The notes beneath the pieces are model-generated. The model saw nothing but the letters and a program-made list of their open reading frames with translations. It was not told the origin of the DNA and ran no database searches. A DNA stretch of 64,000 nucleotides from Candidatus Babeliales bacterium (lineage in GTDB: Bacteria > Babelota > Babeliae > Babelales > UASB340), in the NCBI GenBank assembly GCA_041650475.1, contig JBAZLD010000004.1, positions 36,044 to 100,043 on the forward strand. The letters are read 5' to 3'. The translations under genes and the position numbers were made by a program. Shown piece by piece: positions 1 to 8,568 of the stretch; position 1 is the first letter of the stretch; every line of letters begins with the position of its first letter.

Positions 1-133
1 CTTTTAAATTTTTTAAATTATTCTTTTGTTTTAATTTTTATTTGATTATACATACATAATTATGTAATTATGCAAAAAATTAAATATAGTAGTTTATGTA
101 TACCATGAAATTTTATGCTTGGGAGTTTGGAAA

Positions 134-1105
134 ATGCAAAAAACAAAGAAATTTTTTCTGTCTATATGTTTTTTATTTTTATCTTTAAGTCAAATATATC
201 AAGTAAACGCAGGCTTTAAGGATTTTGCTTACTACACAACTTGTGATCTTATAAAAAAAATTAAAAAAATTCTTAAATTAGATCCTGAAAATAATATAAG
301 AATTCCGGCAGAATTTTTTGATTACCAATGCTTCAACCATAAGATTAAACAAGAAGAAGTAAAAAATTTATTTAAAGTATCTCAAAGATTCTTATTTAAC
401 AGAGAATTTTATTTATTTAGTGCTGTAGCTATTAGACACATTATTGTTGATCTTATTATTGACAATGAAAATAGAAGCTTGGAATCAGTACAATTTTTAA
501 TAAGATCGATTGTAGAAAGCATGCTTGAAAGTCAGTATTTTTTTGAGCGACCATTTGATGAAAAATTATGCAAAAGATATAAAGAAAGAAATTGGTGCTT
601 GATGTGTTATTTTTTAAATGCATGTAAAAATTTGTGCGAGGCTGAAGAGAAACAAGAATTATATACACTTGTTCAAAAAGCACTTAGTAAAGAATTTGTA
701 AGAGCTTGTAAAGATGGTTATTCTTTGAGAATCAAGAAAGAGCCTCAGGTTAGAAGTGTAAATATTTATTGTAATAAGCTGTTGCAACTTGTAACTTTAA
801 TGAAATTTTTTATAGATCATGGTGCAGATATTGATTATCAAGATGAAAATGGAGATACTGCTTTGCATTGGGCAATAAGGCATAAATATGTAGGTTTAAT
901 TGAATTTTTGCTTAAAAATAACGCTGTTATAGATATTGATAATAAAAATGGAGAAAGTGCAATTAGCTTGAAAAAAGGTTTATTTTTTGGCGAAGATTAT
1001 CGCCGAATTGTACATTGTTTTTCTAAATATGGTATCTGGGGCTTTGAAAAAGATGAAATGTTAAACAAAAAATCTTTCTGGTCTCGTTTCAGATTGAAAA
1101 AATAA
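134..1105 (+). CDS. Secreted ankyrin-repeat protein
   Basis: ORF track 119..1105. GGGAG at 121-125 favours the ATG at 134. Hydrophobic signal-like N-terminus (FFLSICFLFLSLSQIYQVNA). C-terminal ANK consensus: HGADIDYQDENGDTALHWAIRHKYVGLIEFLLKNNAVIDIDNKNGESA. Confidence 0.75.
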   Translation: MQKTKKFFLSICFLFLSLSQIYQVNAGFKDFAYYTTCDLIKKIKKILKLDPENNIRIPAEFFDYQCFNHKIKQEEVKNLFKVSQRFLFNREFYLFSAVAIRHIIVDLIIDNENRSLESVQFLIRSIVESMLESQYFFERPFDEKLCKRYKERNWCLMCYFLNACKNLCEAEEKQELYTLVQKALSKEFVRACKDGYSLRIKKEPQVRSVNIYCNKLLQLVTLMKFFIDHGADIDYQDENGDTALHWAIRHKYVGLIEFLLKNNAVIDIDNKNGESAISLKKGLFFGEDYRRIVHCFSKYGIWGFEKDEMLNKKSFWSRFRLKK

Positions 1106-1257
1106 ACTGCAATTTTGGGTATTTTATTTGTTTTTTATAAATTATCTACCATTTTACAAATATAAATAAATAATTATAATTAGAAATATAAATACTAAAA
1201 AGTATTTAATTTATTGCATTTTAAAAATTTATTAAGTTAATTAATGGAGTGTTATCG

Positions 1258-2676
1258 ATGAAAAATTTTAAAAAAAGTATTTTTTTCTTATTTTTATTTT
1301 CTTTTAATTTAACAAATATTTTTGCAATGGATGGAATTGTAGAGACTACAACTACAGTTACTACAATAAATCCTGGTACAACTACAGTTACTGCAATAAA
1401 TTCTGGTACAGTTCCTTTGCTTGTAAGTAATCTTAATTGCGAACTTGGTTATTCTGATCAACTTGAATTAAATAAAATTGCTAGTAAATTTGCACAAAAT
1501 TTTTTAAAGCTTATTTCTAATATAGATTTTGTTGATCATAACTTGAGAGGTAAAAGTGAATTAGAAAAAATTAAGTATCTAAAACTTTTTTTTGCTCAAA
1601 ATTTTTATAATTTAAATGATTTTAGGTTATGTTGTTTAAATTTAAAGAATAGTGATGTTAAGAGAGGAGAAATTGAAAAGAATTTATCTATTCAATTAAA
1701 AACTTTACTTGATTATTCTAGATTGGAAGAAGATCAAATAAATACGCTCAAAAAACAAATTGATAAATGTGTTAAAGATCATGTTTCTTTATTAAAGCCC
1801 GATCGTTATAGATTTTTTAAAAATTTTTTCTCTGGACTAGGGTATTATGGAATTTATAAACCGATAAAATTTTGTTTGAGTCCAATATATAAATTGGGTA
1901 AATGGTTTAGAAATATTTCATTTAATCATAATTCTTTATCCCAAAGAGCCTATTTAAGAAGTTGTTTGGAGAATGAGCTTGTTAAAGGTGTTGCTAATAA
2001 AATTCTTTTTGCTATAACTTGCAATGTCAAAAAATCTAGATTTAATGGATGTGTTTATGTTGAACAACAGGAAGTAGGTTTATTTTCATATTTAAATGAT
2101 GAACCGACTAAAACTGTTTTTGAGCAAAAATTAGCAAATCATATTAAATCATGTTTTGTTGAAATTTTTAATCCACTATTATTTAATTCAGATGAAAAAT
2201 TGGATAAATTTGTAGAAAAGCTTTTAACATCAGCAAAAGGTAATGAAAATTTTCCTGCTTTACTTATGAAGAAATTGAAGGAAGATAAAAGTTTACATTT
2301 AGATCTTAAAATATTTTTGGAAGAATGTCCTAATGTTATTCAAGATATTTCAGATATTTTTATTTATCAAATAAACGAATACAAAATATTAATGAATAAA
2401 ACTAGATTTTTACTTTTAAAATGTTTGCCAGCAATTGCGTTGAATTTAACGGCTGGAATAACCATTTGGGATTTATACAAAAATTTTTCAACATATGTTA
2501 AAAATAACATTGTATCAACGTCATTTAAATTTTTAGGGCTTTTACTTTTTATTGACTATTTATACGAATTTTTAGTTCTAAACAAACTTTGTGGAATTCA
2601 AATTGCAACGCCATTGGCGTTACCGGTAAAAGTAATTCATAGTAAATTATCAAATTTATTTTTTTGGAAAAAATAA
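1258..2676 (+). CDS. Hypothetical secreted/membrane protein with a Thr-rich tandem repeat
   Basis: ORF track 1249..2676. GGAG at 1246-1249 favours the ATG at 1258. Signal-like N-terminus, TTTVTTINPGT/TTTVTAINSGT repeat, hydrophobic C-terminal segments. No family recognised. Confidence 0.55.
   Translation: MKNFKKSIFFLFLFSFNLTNIFAMDGIVETTTTVTTINPGTTTVTAINSGTVPLLVSNLNCELGYSDQLELNKIASKFAQNFLKLISNIDFVDHNLRGKSELEKIKYLKLFFAQNFYNLNDFRLCCLNLKNSDVKRGEIEKNLSIQLKTLLDYSRLEEDQINTLKKQIDKCVKDHVSLLKPDRYRFFKNFFSGLGYYGIYKPIKFCLSPIYKLGKWFRNISFNHNSLSQRAYLRSCLENELVKGVANKILFAITCNVKKSRFNGCVYVEQQEVGLFSYLNDEPTKTVFEQKLANHIKSCFVEIFNPLLFNSDEKLDKFVEKLLTSAKGNENFPALLMKKLKEDKSLHLDLKIFLEECPNVIQDISDIFIYQINEYKILMNKTRFLLLKCLPAIALNLTAGITIWDLYKNFSTYVKNNIVSTSFKFLGLLLFIDYLYEFLVLNKLCGIQIATPLALPVKVIHSKLSNLFFWKK
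1348..1407 (+). repeat. 30-bp tandem direct repeat, 2 copies (28/30 identical), in frame
   Basis: acaactacagttactacaataaatcctggt followed by acaactacagttactgcaataaattctggt, read directly from the sequence. Confidence 0.9.
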
Positions 2677-2779
2677 CAATTAAATATTAAATATTGTAAA
2701 ATCGAACATTAAATGTTATATTTTAAAATATATTAAATTCGTTTTTATAAAGATAAAATTTATAAATAACAGGAAAAAT

Positions 2780-4009
2780 ATGTTTTTAAACAGAAATATA
2801 ACAGAATCTATTGAAAAGGCTCTTTTAAGAAGTCCTGTTGTCTTATTAACCGGACCAAGACAATCAGGAAAAACTTTTTTGATGAAAGAGATTGCAAAAA
2901 CCAAGTCTTATTCGTATGTAACTTTTGATGATATACAAACTTTAACTTTCGCAAAAAATGATCCTGTTGGATTTATAAGTGATTTAAAAAAACCGGTAAT
3001 TTTAGACGAAGTTCAAAGATTCCCAGAACTTTTTTTGACAATTAAAAAAGATGTAGATGAAAATCGAGTTCCAGGAAGATATGCTCTTACTGGTTCTGCC
3101 AATCCTCTTTTGATTCCAAAATTGGGTGATTCTTTAGCAGGAAGAATGGAAATTTTTTATTTATATCCTTTTTCTCAAGGTGAAATATTAAATAAAAAAG
3201 AAGTTTTTATTGACCATGTATTTTCAAAAAAAATAAATGATTTGAAACCTGAAAAAATAAACAAAGATGATTTGTTTAAAAGAATACTTAAGGGCGGATT
3301 TCCTACTGTTCAAGAGTTTGATATTAATGGAAAATATGCCTGGTTTTCTAGTTATGTTACAAATTTAATTGAAAGAGATGTAAAAGATTTATCAAATATT
3401 ACAGATCTTATTGATTTTCCCAAATTATTAAATATTCTTGCTGCTCGTACAAGTGGTCTAGTAAATTTTGCAGATCTTAGCAGAGAAAGTTCTTTAGTTT
3501 CAACAACAATGCGAAGATATTTATCATTGTTGCAGACTTTATACATAACTCAATTTAGTCTGCCATGGTTTTCAAATATTGGATTACGTTTTGTTAAAGC
3601 GCCTAAATTATATTTTTCAGATACGGGATTGTTAAGTTACTTATTAGATTTAACAAGTGAAAAGATTTCTTTAGAGCCTAATTTAGGCGGAAAAATTTTT
3701 GAAAATTTTGTTTTTACTGAAATTTTTAAACAATCTACTTGGAATAAAACTAGAGCAAGTATTTATCATTTTAGGGAACATTCGGGAAATGAAGTTGATA
3801 TAATTTTGGAAAATCCTCAAGGGGAGATTGTTGGAATTGAAGTTAAAAATACACAAACAGTAAAACCTGAAGATTTTAAAAGTTTAAAATTATTACAGGA
3901 AAAAATGGAAAAAAGATTTATTTCAGGTTTAGTGTTGTATCATGGGGAAAATATTATTCCTGTAGGAAATAGTTTATTTGCGGTGCCTGTAAGTGCTTTG
4001 TGGAGCTGA
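2780..4009 (+). CDS. AAA+ ATPase with C-terminal DUF4143-type (PD-(D/E)xK-like) module
   Basis: Walker A LLTGPRQSGKTFL, Walker B ILDEVQ, C-terminal EVDIILEN...IVGIEVK motif. The overall layout is typical of the AAA_14/DUF4143 family. Confidence 0.7.
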   Translation: MFLNRNITESIEKALLRSPVVLLTGPRQSGKTFLMKEIAKTKSYSYVTFDDIQTLTFAKNDPVGFISDLKKPVILDEVQRFPELFLTIKKDVDENRVPGRYALTGSANPLLIPKLGDSLAGRMEIFYLYPFSQGEILNKKEVFIDHVFSKKINDLKPEKINKDDLFKRILKGGFPTVQEFDINGKYAWFSSYVTNLIERDVKDLSNITDLIDFPKLLNILAARTSGLVNFADLSRESSLVSTTMRRYLSLLQTLYITQFSLPWFSNIGLRFVKAPKLYFSDTGLLSYLLDLTSEKISLEPNLGGKIFENFVFTEIFKQSTWNKTRASIYHFREHSGNEVDIILENPQGEIVGIEVKNTQTVKPEDFKSLKLLQEKMEKRFISGLVLYHGENIIPVGNSLFAVPVSALWS

Positions 4010-4010
4010 A

Positions 4011-5333
4011 TTATTCCTGTCTTAAAACCTGAGCAATATTAATTTTTTTTGTTTTTTGTGCCGGAATCCATGTTGCAAGAAAACCAAGCAACATTGTGAC
4101 TATAAAAACAATAATAAAAATTTCAAGATCCATTCTTGCTGGTAAATAAGAAATATAATAAACGTCAGGAAGTTGTATGAATGGATATTTTTGTAAAAAA
4201 TATCCAGCAATTGCTGCTAGCGATAAACCCAAAGATACTCCCCAAAATGTAATTCTTAATCCAATACTTAAAAAAATTCTTCTTATTCTTTTATTAGAAA
4301 GTCCCATAGACTGCAAAATTGCAATATCGCGTCTTTTTTGTTGAATATACATAAAAAGTAAAGAAACCATGGTCATGCAGGCGACAAGAGTGATTAATGC
4401 TAATATGAAAAACATGACATATTTTTCTAATTTTAAAGAAGAGACTAACGCAGGATACAAATCTTTCCAAGAATTTATAGTTAAAGCAGGCAATTTTTCT
4501 CTAAAATTTTGTAACATAATTGTCTCAAAATCTTGAACTGAAAATAATTTTTTGAATTTATTAAATAAATTTAGAAAGAAATTTTTTTGATCTGATTCTT
4601 TTAAATTTATACAAATCTGATCAACAACCTGAATTTCTTTTTGATTTTTTTCTTCAAAAAGATCTTTTAAAAAATCTAAACTGCAAAATGCAAAATTATT
4701 ATCATATTCTTCCAAGCCTACTTTAAAAATCCCAGAAACAATGGCTTTTTTTTTATTTAAAAATATTTTGTGCTTTGATCCAGGCTCAGGAATAAGCAGC
4801 TCTATTTGATCACCAGTTCTTAAATTATAATGTTGAGCTGTTTTATAACCAATTATTATTTGATTATTTTTTAAACTGTTTATTAAAAGATCTCCATATG
4901 CTTGTTCAGTCTTACTTTTTATTAGTGGAAAAGTAATTTTTTGGGCAATATTTGTAACACTATTTTCATTTTCAGCATCTATGCCTTTAATAAAAAGAAT
5001 AGATTGAGTTTTGTTTCTGTTTATCAAAATTTGTTTAATACTGCTGCCGCTGATACCAGAAATATTTTGTCCAAAATTTTTCAACAAAAATTCTTTTATT
5101 GACTTATAGTCTAGCTTATTACCAGGACTATAAATTAAAATCTGTGAATTTATGCCTTGCATTTTTTCATGAATAGCTTTTTGAAAACCATTCATAATAA
5201 TCAAAGTTAACATTAAAGAAAATGAACCTATAAAAATGCCAAGAAAACAGACTTTTATCATTAAAGAGATATTTCTGTCTTTGTGCTTAAATTTTAGATA
5301 TTTATGTGCCAAAAAAGAAGATATTTTATTCAT
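4011..5333 (-). CDS. LolC/LolE-family (FtsX/MacB-type) lipoprotein-release ABC permease
   Basis: N-terminal AHKYLKFK...ISLMIKV TM, a large periplasmic loop, then C-terminal FtsX-like TMs (DIAILQSMGLSNKRIRRIF). No cognate ATPase gene is adjacent. Confidence 0.7.
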   Translation of the reverse strand: MNKISSFLAHKYLKFKHKDRNISLMIKVCFLGIFIGSFSLMLTLIIMNGFQKAIHEKMQGINSQILIYSPGNKLDYKSIKEFLLKNFGQNISGISGSSIKQILINRNKTQSILFIKGIDAENENSVTNIAQKITFPLIKSKTEQAYGDLLINSLKNNQIIIGYKTAQHYNLRTGDQIELLIPEPGSKHKIFLNKKKAIVSGIFKVGLEEYDNNFAFCSLDFLKDLFEEKNQKEIQVVDQICINLKESDQKNFFLNLFNKFKKLFSVQDFETIMLQNFREKLPALTINSWKDLYPALVSSLKLEKYVMFFILALITLVACMTMVSLLFMYIQQKRRDIAILQSMGLSNKRIRRIFLSIGLRITFWGVSLGLSLAAIAGYFLQKYPFIQLPDVYYISYLPARMDLEIFIIVFIVTMLLGFLATWIPAQKTKKINIAQVLRQE

Positions 5334-6102
5334 GATTAAATCTTTCTATTTTATAATTTATTACATAATTACTTTTCCCAATGCAATCGTGTTTTGTTTT
5401 TGCATAAGTTTTTATTTGCGCAGCAATTTTGCTTACTTGAGCTACAGAAGTTAGATTATTATTTTCGTTTGTTATTATTGCGATAGAGAGTGTTAGAGGG
5501 GTTCGCGTAGATTTTTGAATAGGCTCACGACTTCGACAAGGCTTCGACGCGCAGGCAGAGCGAACGGAAAAATTATTTTTTTTGTTTAAAAAATTACAAA
5601 TTTTTTGTGCCAAATTTTCGGCATGATCAATTGTGCTTACGATAAAAAAATCATCACCGCCGATGTGACCTAGAAAATCGTTTTTATTACCATATTTTTT
5701 AATTTTGTTTTTTAAAATCTTTGCAATTTTTTTTATTATTTTATCCCCGTTATTAAAACCATAAGTATCATTATAATTTTTAAAATTATCCAGATCTATG
5801 TATAAGATTGCTATAAAATTATTTAGTTTTTTTTTAATTACTTTTTTTATAGTTTTATTGCCCGGTAAAAGTGTTAATGGGTTTAAATCTTGGTATTGTG
5901 ATTTTAAAAGTGATTTAAAATTTTTTATATCTATTATTATTGTTGAAATTTTTGGATTTGTTTTTATTTGATTAATTATGCCTTTATTGCTTTGTGCATA
6001 AATTATTTCGGCTGCCTGAGTTTGGTTGGGCATGGTCATCTTTAATTTACTTGCAACTAAAATCTGGCTTTTCACAATATTCTTTCTTTTTAATTTTATC
6101 AA
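5326..6102 (-). CDS. GGDEF-domain protein with degenerate GGDDF signature
   Basis: PLTLLPGNK ... YIDLDNFKNYNDTYGFNNGDKIIKKIA ... GHIGGDDFFIV. TTG start at 6102 is uncertain (internal ATG at 6039). Overlaps the lolC/E-like gene by 8 nt. Confidence 0.7.
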   Translation of the reverse strand: MIKLKRKNIVKSQILVASKLKMTMPNQTQAAEIIYAQSNKGIINQIKTNPKISTIIIDIKNFKSLLKSQYQDLNPLTLLPGNKTIKKVIKKKLNNFIAILYIDLDNFKNYNDTYGFNNGDKIIKKIAKILKNKIKKYGNKNDFLGHIGGDDFFIVSTIDHAENLAQKICNFLNKKNNFSVRSACASKPCRSREPIQKSTRTPLTLSIAIITNENNNLTSVAQVSKIAAQIKTYAKTKHDCIGKSNYVINYKIERFNHE

Positions 6103-6176
6103 TTTTGGATAAAGTATATAAATTAGTATACTGATAATAAGTTTTTATAAAAACCTTTTAGTTGGGAGCAGATAGG

Positions 6177-6875
6177 ATGCTTGGTAAAAATTTAATAAAA
6201 TATATAATTTTGATTTCTGTTTTAGTTAGTACACCTTCATGTATAAAGTATTATGAATTATCAAAAGAAGAGTTTGCGCAGGGTAAAGATCTTGATGATC
6301 ACAAAAAAGTTGTTGCAAATAATATAAAAAGGCTTTCTGTGTATGATCAATTTGAAACAAGGGCTATTTTTGACACCTTGTGGTTATCAGATTCTGTTAG
6401 AAAAGCTTATGTTGATATAAATTGTTATAAACAAGGTAAAGAAGAACAAGCTAAACAGGCTTTAATGACAAGACAACTTGAAGAAAACAAACATTGGATT
6501 ACATTTTATGTCTTAGCCGATGTAAGAGACAAAACTCATTCGTCTTTAACAGATAAAAATTCTTATTGGTCTTTATTTTTACAACTTTATGATGGACAAA
6601 AAGTTATGCCTATAAGTATAAAAGAAACGGAAATAGAACCTGAATATCAGTCTTTGTTTAATTATAGATTTAATTCTTTCAAGCGAATCTATATTGTAAA
6701 ATTTCCTGCAACGGATTTGTCTGGAAAAAATTATTTAAAAAATGATAAAGCAGAATTCAAATTAGTTTTCAGTTCACCAAAAAAAGAAAGTTTTGTTACT
6801 TGGTCTTTGCTTGATAAGAACAGTAAAGAAATAAAAGAGAAAGTTTTAAAGGATGAAGATTTCTATTGGATCTGA
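6177..6875 (+). CDS. Hypothetical exported protein (possible lipoprotein)
   Basis: ORF track 6162..6875. GGGAG at 6164-6168 favours the ATG at 6177. Signal-like N-terminus ending STPSC. No family recognised. Confidence 0.5.
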   Translation: MLGKNLIKYIILISVLVSTPSCIKYYELSKEEFAQGKDLDDHKKVVANNIKRLSVYDQFETRAIFDTLWLSDSVRKAYVDINCYKQGKEEQAKQALMTRQLEENKHWITFYVLADVRDKTHSSLTDKNSYWSLFLQLYDGQKVMPISIKETEIEPEYQSLFNYRFNSFKRIYIVKFPATDLSGKNYLKNDKAEFKLVFSSPKKESFVTWSLLDKNSKEIKEKVLKDEDFYWI

Positions 6876-7281
6876 TCATAGAGGTTTTGAGCTAAAATCT
6901 AAAATAGTAGAAAATTTTAAAAATATTGAATGGATAGATGTCGGAACTCATGCAGGTGCAACCACTCGAGTTAATTATCCAATGTTCGCTCAAAAGGTTT
7001 GTAAAAATATTTTAGAAAATAAAAGCGAACTAGGTGTTTTAATTTGCGGTTCTGGAGTTGGAATTGCTGTTGCAGCAAATAGATTTAAAAAAATTTATGC
7101 AGGACTTTGTTGGAATAAAGATGTGGCAAAAGTAGCAAAAGAGCATGATAATATAAATGTTCTGGTGCTCCCTGCAGATTTTGTTAATGAAAGCCAAGCC
7201 TTTGATATTATTAACGCTTGGCTTTCTTCTGAATTTAAATCTGGAATTTATAAAGAAAGACTCAATTCTATAGATCTATGA
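6853..7281 (+). CDS. rpiB: Ribose-5-phosphate isomerase B (RpiB/LacAB family)
   Basis: MKISIGSDHRGFELK ... GVLICGSGVGIAVAANR ... NINVLVLPADF. The length (142 aa) is typical. Confidence 0.85.
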   Translation: MKISIGSDHRGFELKSKIVENFKNIEWIDVGTHAGATTRVNYPMFAQKVCKNILENKSELGVLICGSGVGIAVAANRFKKIYAGLCWNKDVAKVAKEHDNINVLVLPADFVNESQAFDIINAWLSSEFKSGIYKERLNSIDL

Positions 7282-7306
7282 TTTATTTTTTTTAAAAATT
7301 TAAGAA

Positions 7307-8365
7307 TCAAATTTTTGTTGCATCTAAATAAGTTTTATCTAATTTTACAACATAATTATTTTTTGGATTTTTTGTAACTAAATCTTTTTCTATTGAGTCT
7401 ATTATTTTAGGAACAAAAACTACAACTGGAAAAGGGTAAATACTTAAAGAGTCTCTGTAAACAAAATTTTTAATTAATTTGTTTACTTTATTTTCTCCAA
7501 GTAACCATAATTCACCGTGTAATGGTTTTTTGTTATCGATTATAATTTCAGCTTGTTTTAACTTATCTGGAAGTGTAAAATTTTCTTTTGTATCAGGTTT
7601 AAATTTTCTATGAGATATAGAATCTTTTGTTGAAATTATATCTATAACTTGCATCATATCACCAGAAGAATAGATGTTATATATTTTTTCAAAAATAGGA
7701 GAATTTATAAAATTTTTAGTCTCTGTTTGTACTGGCGTACCCAATAGGACTAATTTTTTTATTTTAATATTTTTACAAAATTCTTTTTCTGCTTCAGCCA
7801 GGTTTAATGCAACATTGCCACCATGACTGTGAGCCAAAATAGTTATATTTATTTTTGAGTCTATTTTTTTATCTAAAAAATTTTTTGATATTTTTTCTGT
7901 TTCATTAATTATTTGCTTGTATAAATCTTTAGCCCAATTTAATCTACTTTTTTTACTTAATTTACCATCCCAGCCAAAAGTATAAAATGCTTGATCAGAA
8001 TTATTTTTTATATTTTGCTCTACAGATTTTTCTATTAAATCATAATTTTTAATTATTTTTTTAGTTACGCTTAAATATGTAGGTTCTTTTTTTAAAATTT
8101 CTTTATCTGGCTCTATTTTTACTAAACCTAAAGAATTTATAGGCTGATATTTGTGATGTCCTTTAAATCTAGTATTTGGTGACGGTAAAATTGTGCCATG
8201 AATAAAGATAGTTATATTATAATCTTTTGTTTGGCAAAGATTATTTTGACTATCTGACGCAGTATTTTTACAAATAGAAATTATTAAAAATAAAATGCTT
8301 AATTTAATTTTATTATATATGGTCTTCATGTTTGTTATTTTAGCAAAAAATATTTTTGGCATCAA
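7307..8365 (-). CDS. Secreted alpha/beta-hydrolase, lipase/PGAP1-like
   Basis: FIHGT oxyanion-like motif, nucleophile elbow AHSHGGNVA, later SSGDMM and PLHGELW as candidate Asp/His. Signal-like MKTIYNKIKLSILFLII. Start is ambiguous (8365 TTG, 8362 ATG or 8329 ATG). Confidence 0.55.
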   Translation of the reverse strand: MMPKIFFAKITNMKTIYNKIKLSILFLIISICKNTASDSQNNLCQTKDYNITIFIHGTILPSPNTRFKGHHKYQPINSLGLVKIEPDKEILKKEPTYLSVTKKIIKNYDLIEKSVEQNIKNNSDQAFYTFGWDGKLSKKSRLNWAKDLYKQIINETEKISKNFLDKKIDSKINITILAHSHGGNVALNLAEAEKEFCKNIKIKKLVLLGTPVQTETKNFINSPIFEKIYNIYSSGDMMQVIDIISTKDSISHRKFKPDTKENFTLPDKLKQAEIIIDNKKPLHGELWLLGENKVNKLIKNFVYRDSLSIYPFPVVVFVPKIIDSIEKDLVTKNPKNNYVVKLDKTYLDATKI

Positions 8366-8430
8366 ATGGTAATGTTATCAAAAAATTTTTTTATGCTATA
8401 TTAATTTTATGCTTATAAAATTATATTTTT

Positions 8431-8449
8431 TTATCCCCTGAGGGGGGAT
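8431..8449. promoter_or_regulatory. GC palindrome TATCCCC-TGA-GGGGGGATA in a divergent intergenic region
   Basis: Inverted repeat read directly. Lies between the lipase-like gene (-) and ileS (+). Contains the GAGGGGGGA 9-mer also present at 25614 and 36463. Confidence 0.3.
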
Positions 8450-8568
8450 AATATTCTTAAAATTATTTTCTTTTTTAATAAATTATATCTTATAATTTTA
8501 TCTTGATTTATTTTAAATAATTAAATTTTTTATTATTAGTTAGTAAATTTTGTCATTTGGAGATTTAA

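Noticed and set aside
5236-5454. 72-aa + strand ORF spanning the lolC/E-like and GGDEF junction. Other short track ORFs in AT-rich spacers or gene edges: 2716..2904, 23000..23191, 23548..23935, 29827..30051, 50673..50873, 52867..53067, 55949..56140 and 59641..59835.
   Set aside because: They overlap better-supported genes on the opposite strand and look like AT-rich chance ORFs.
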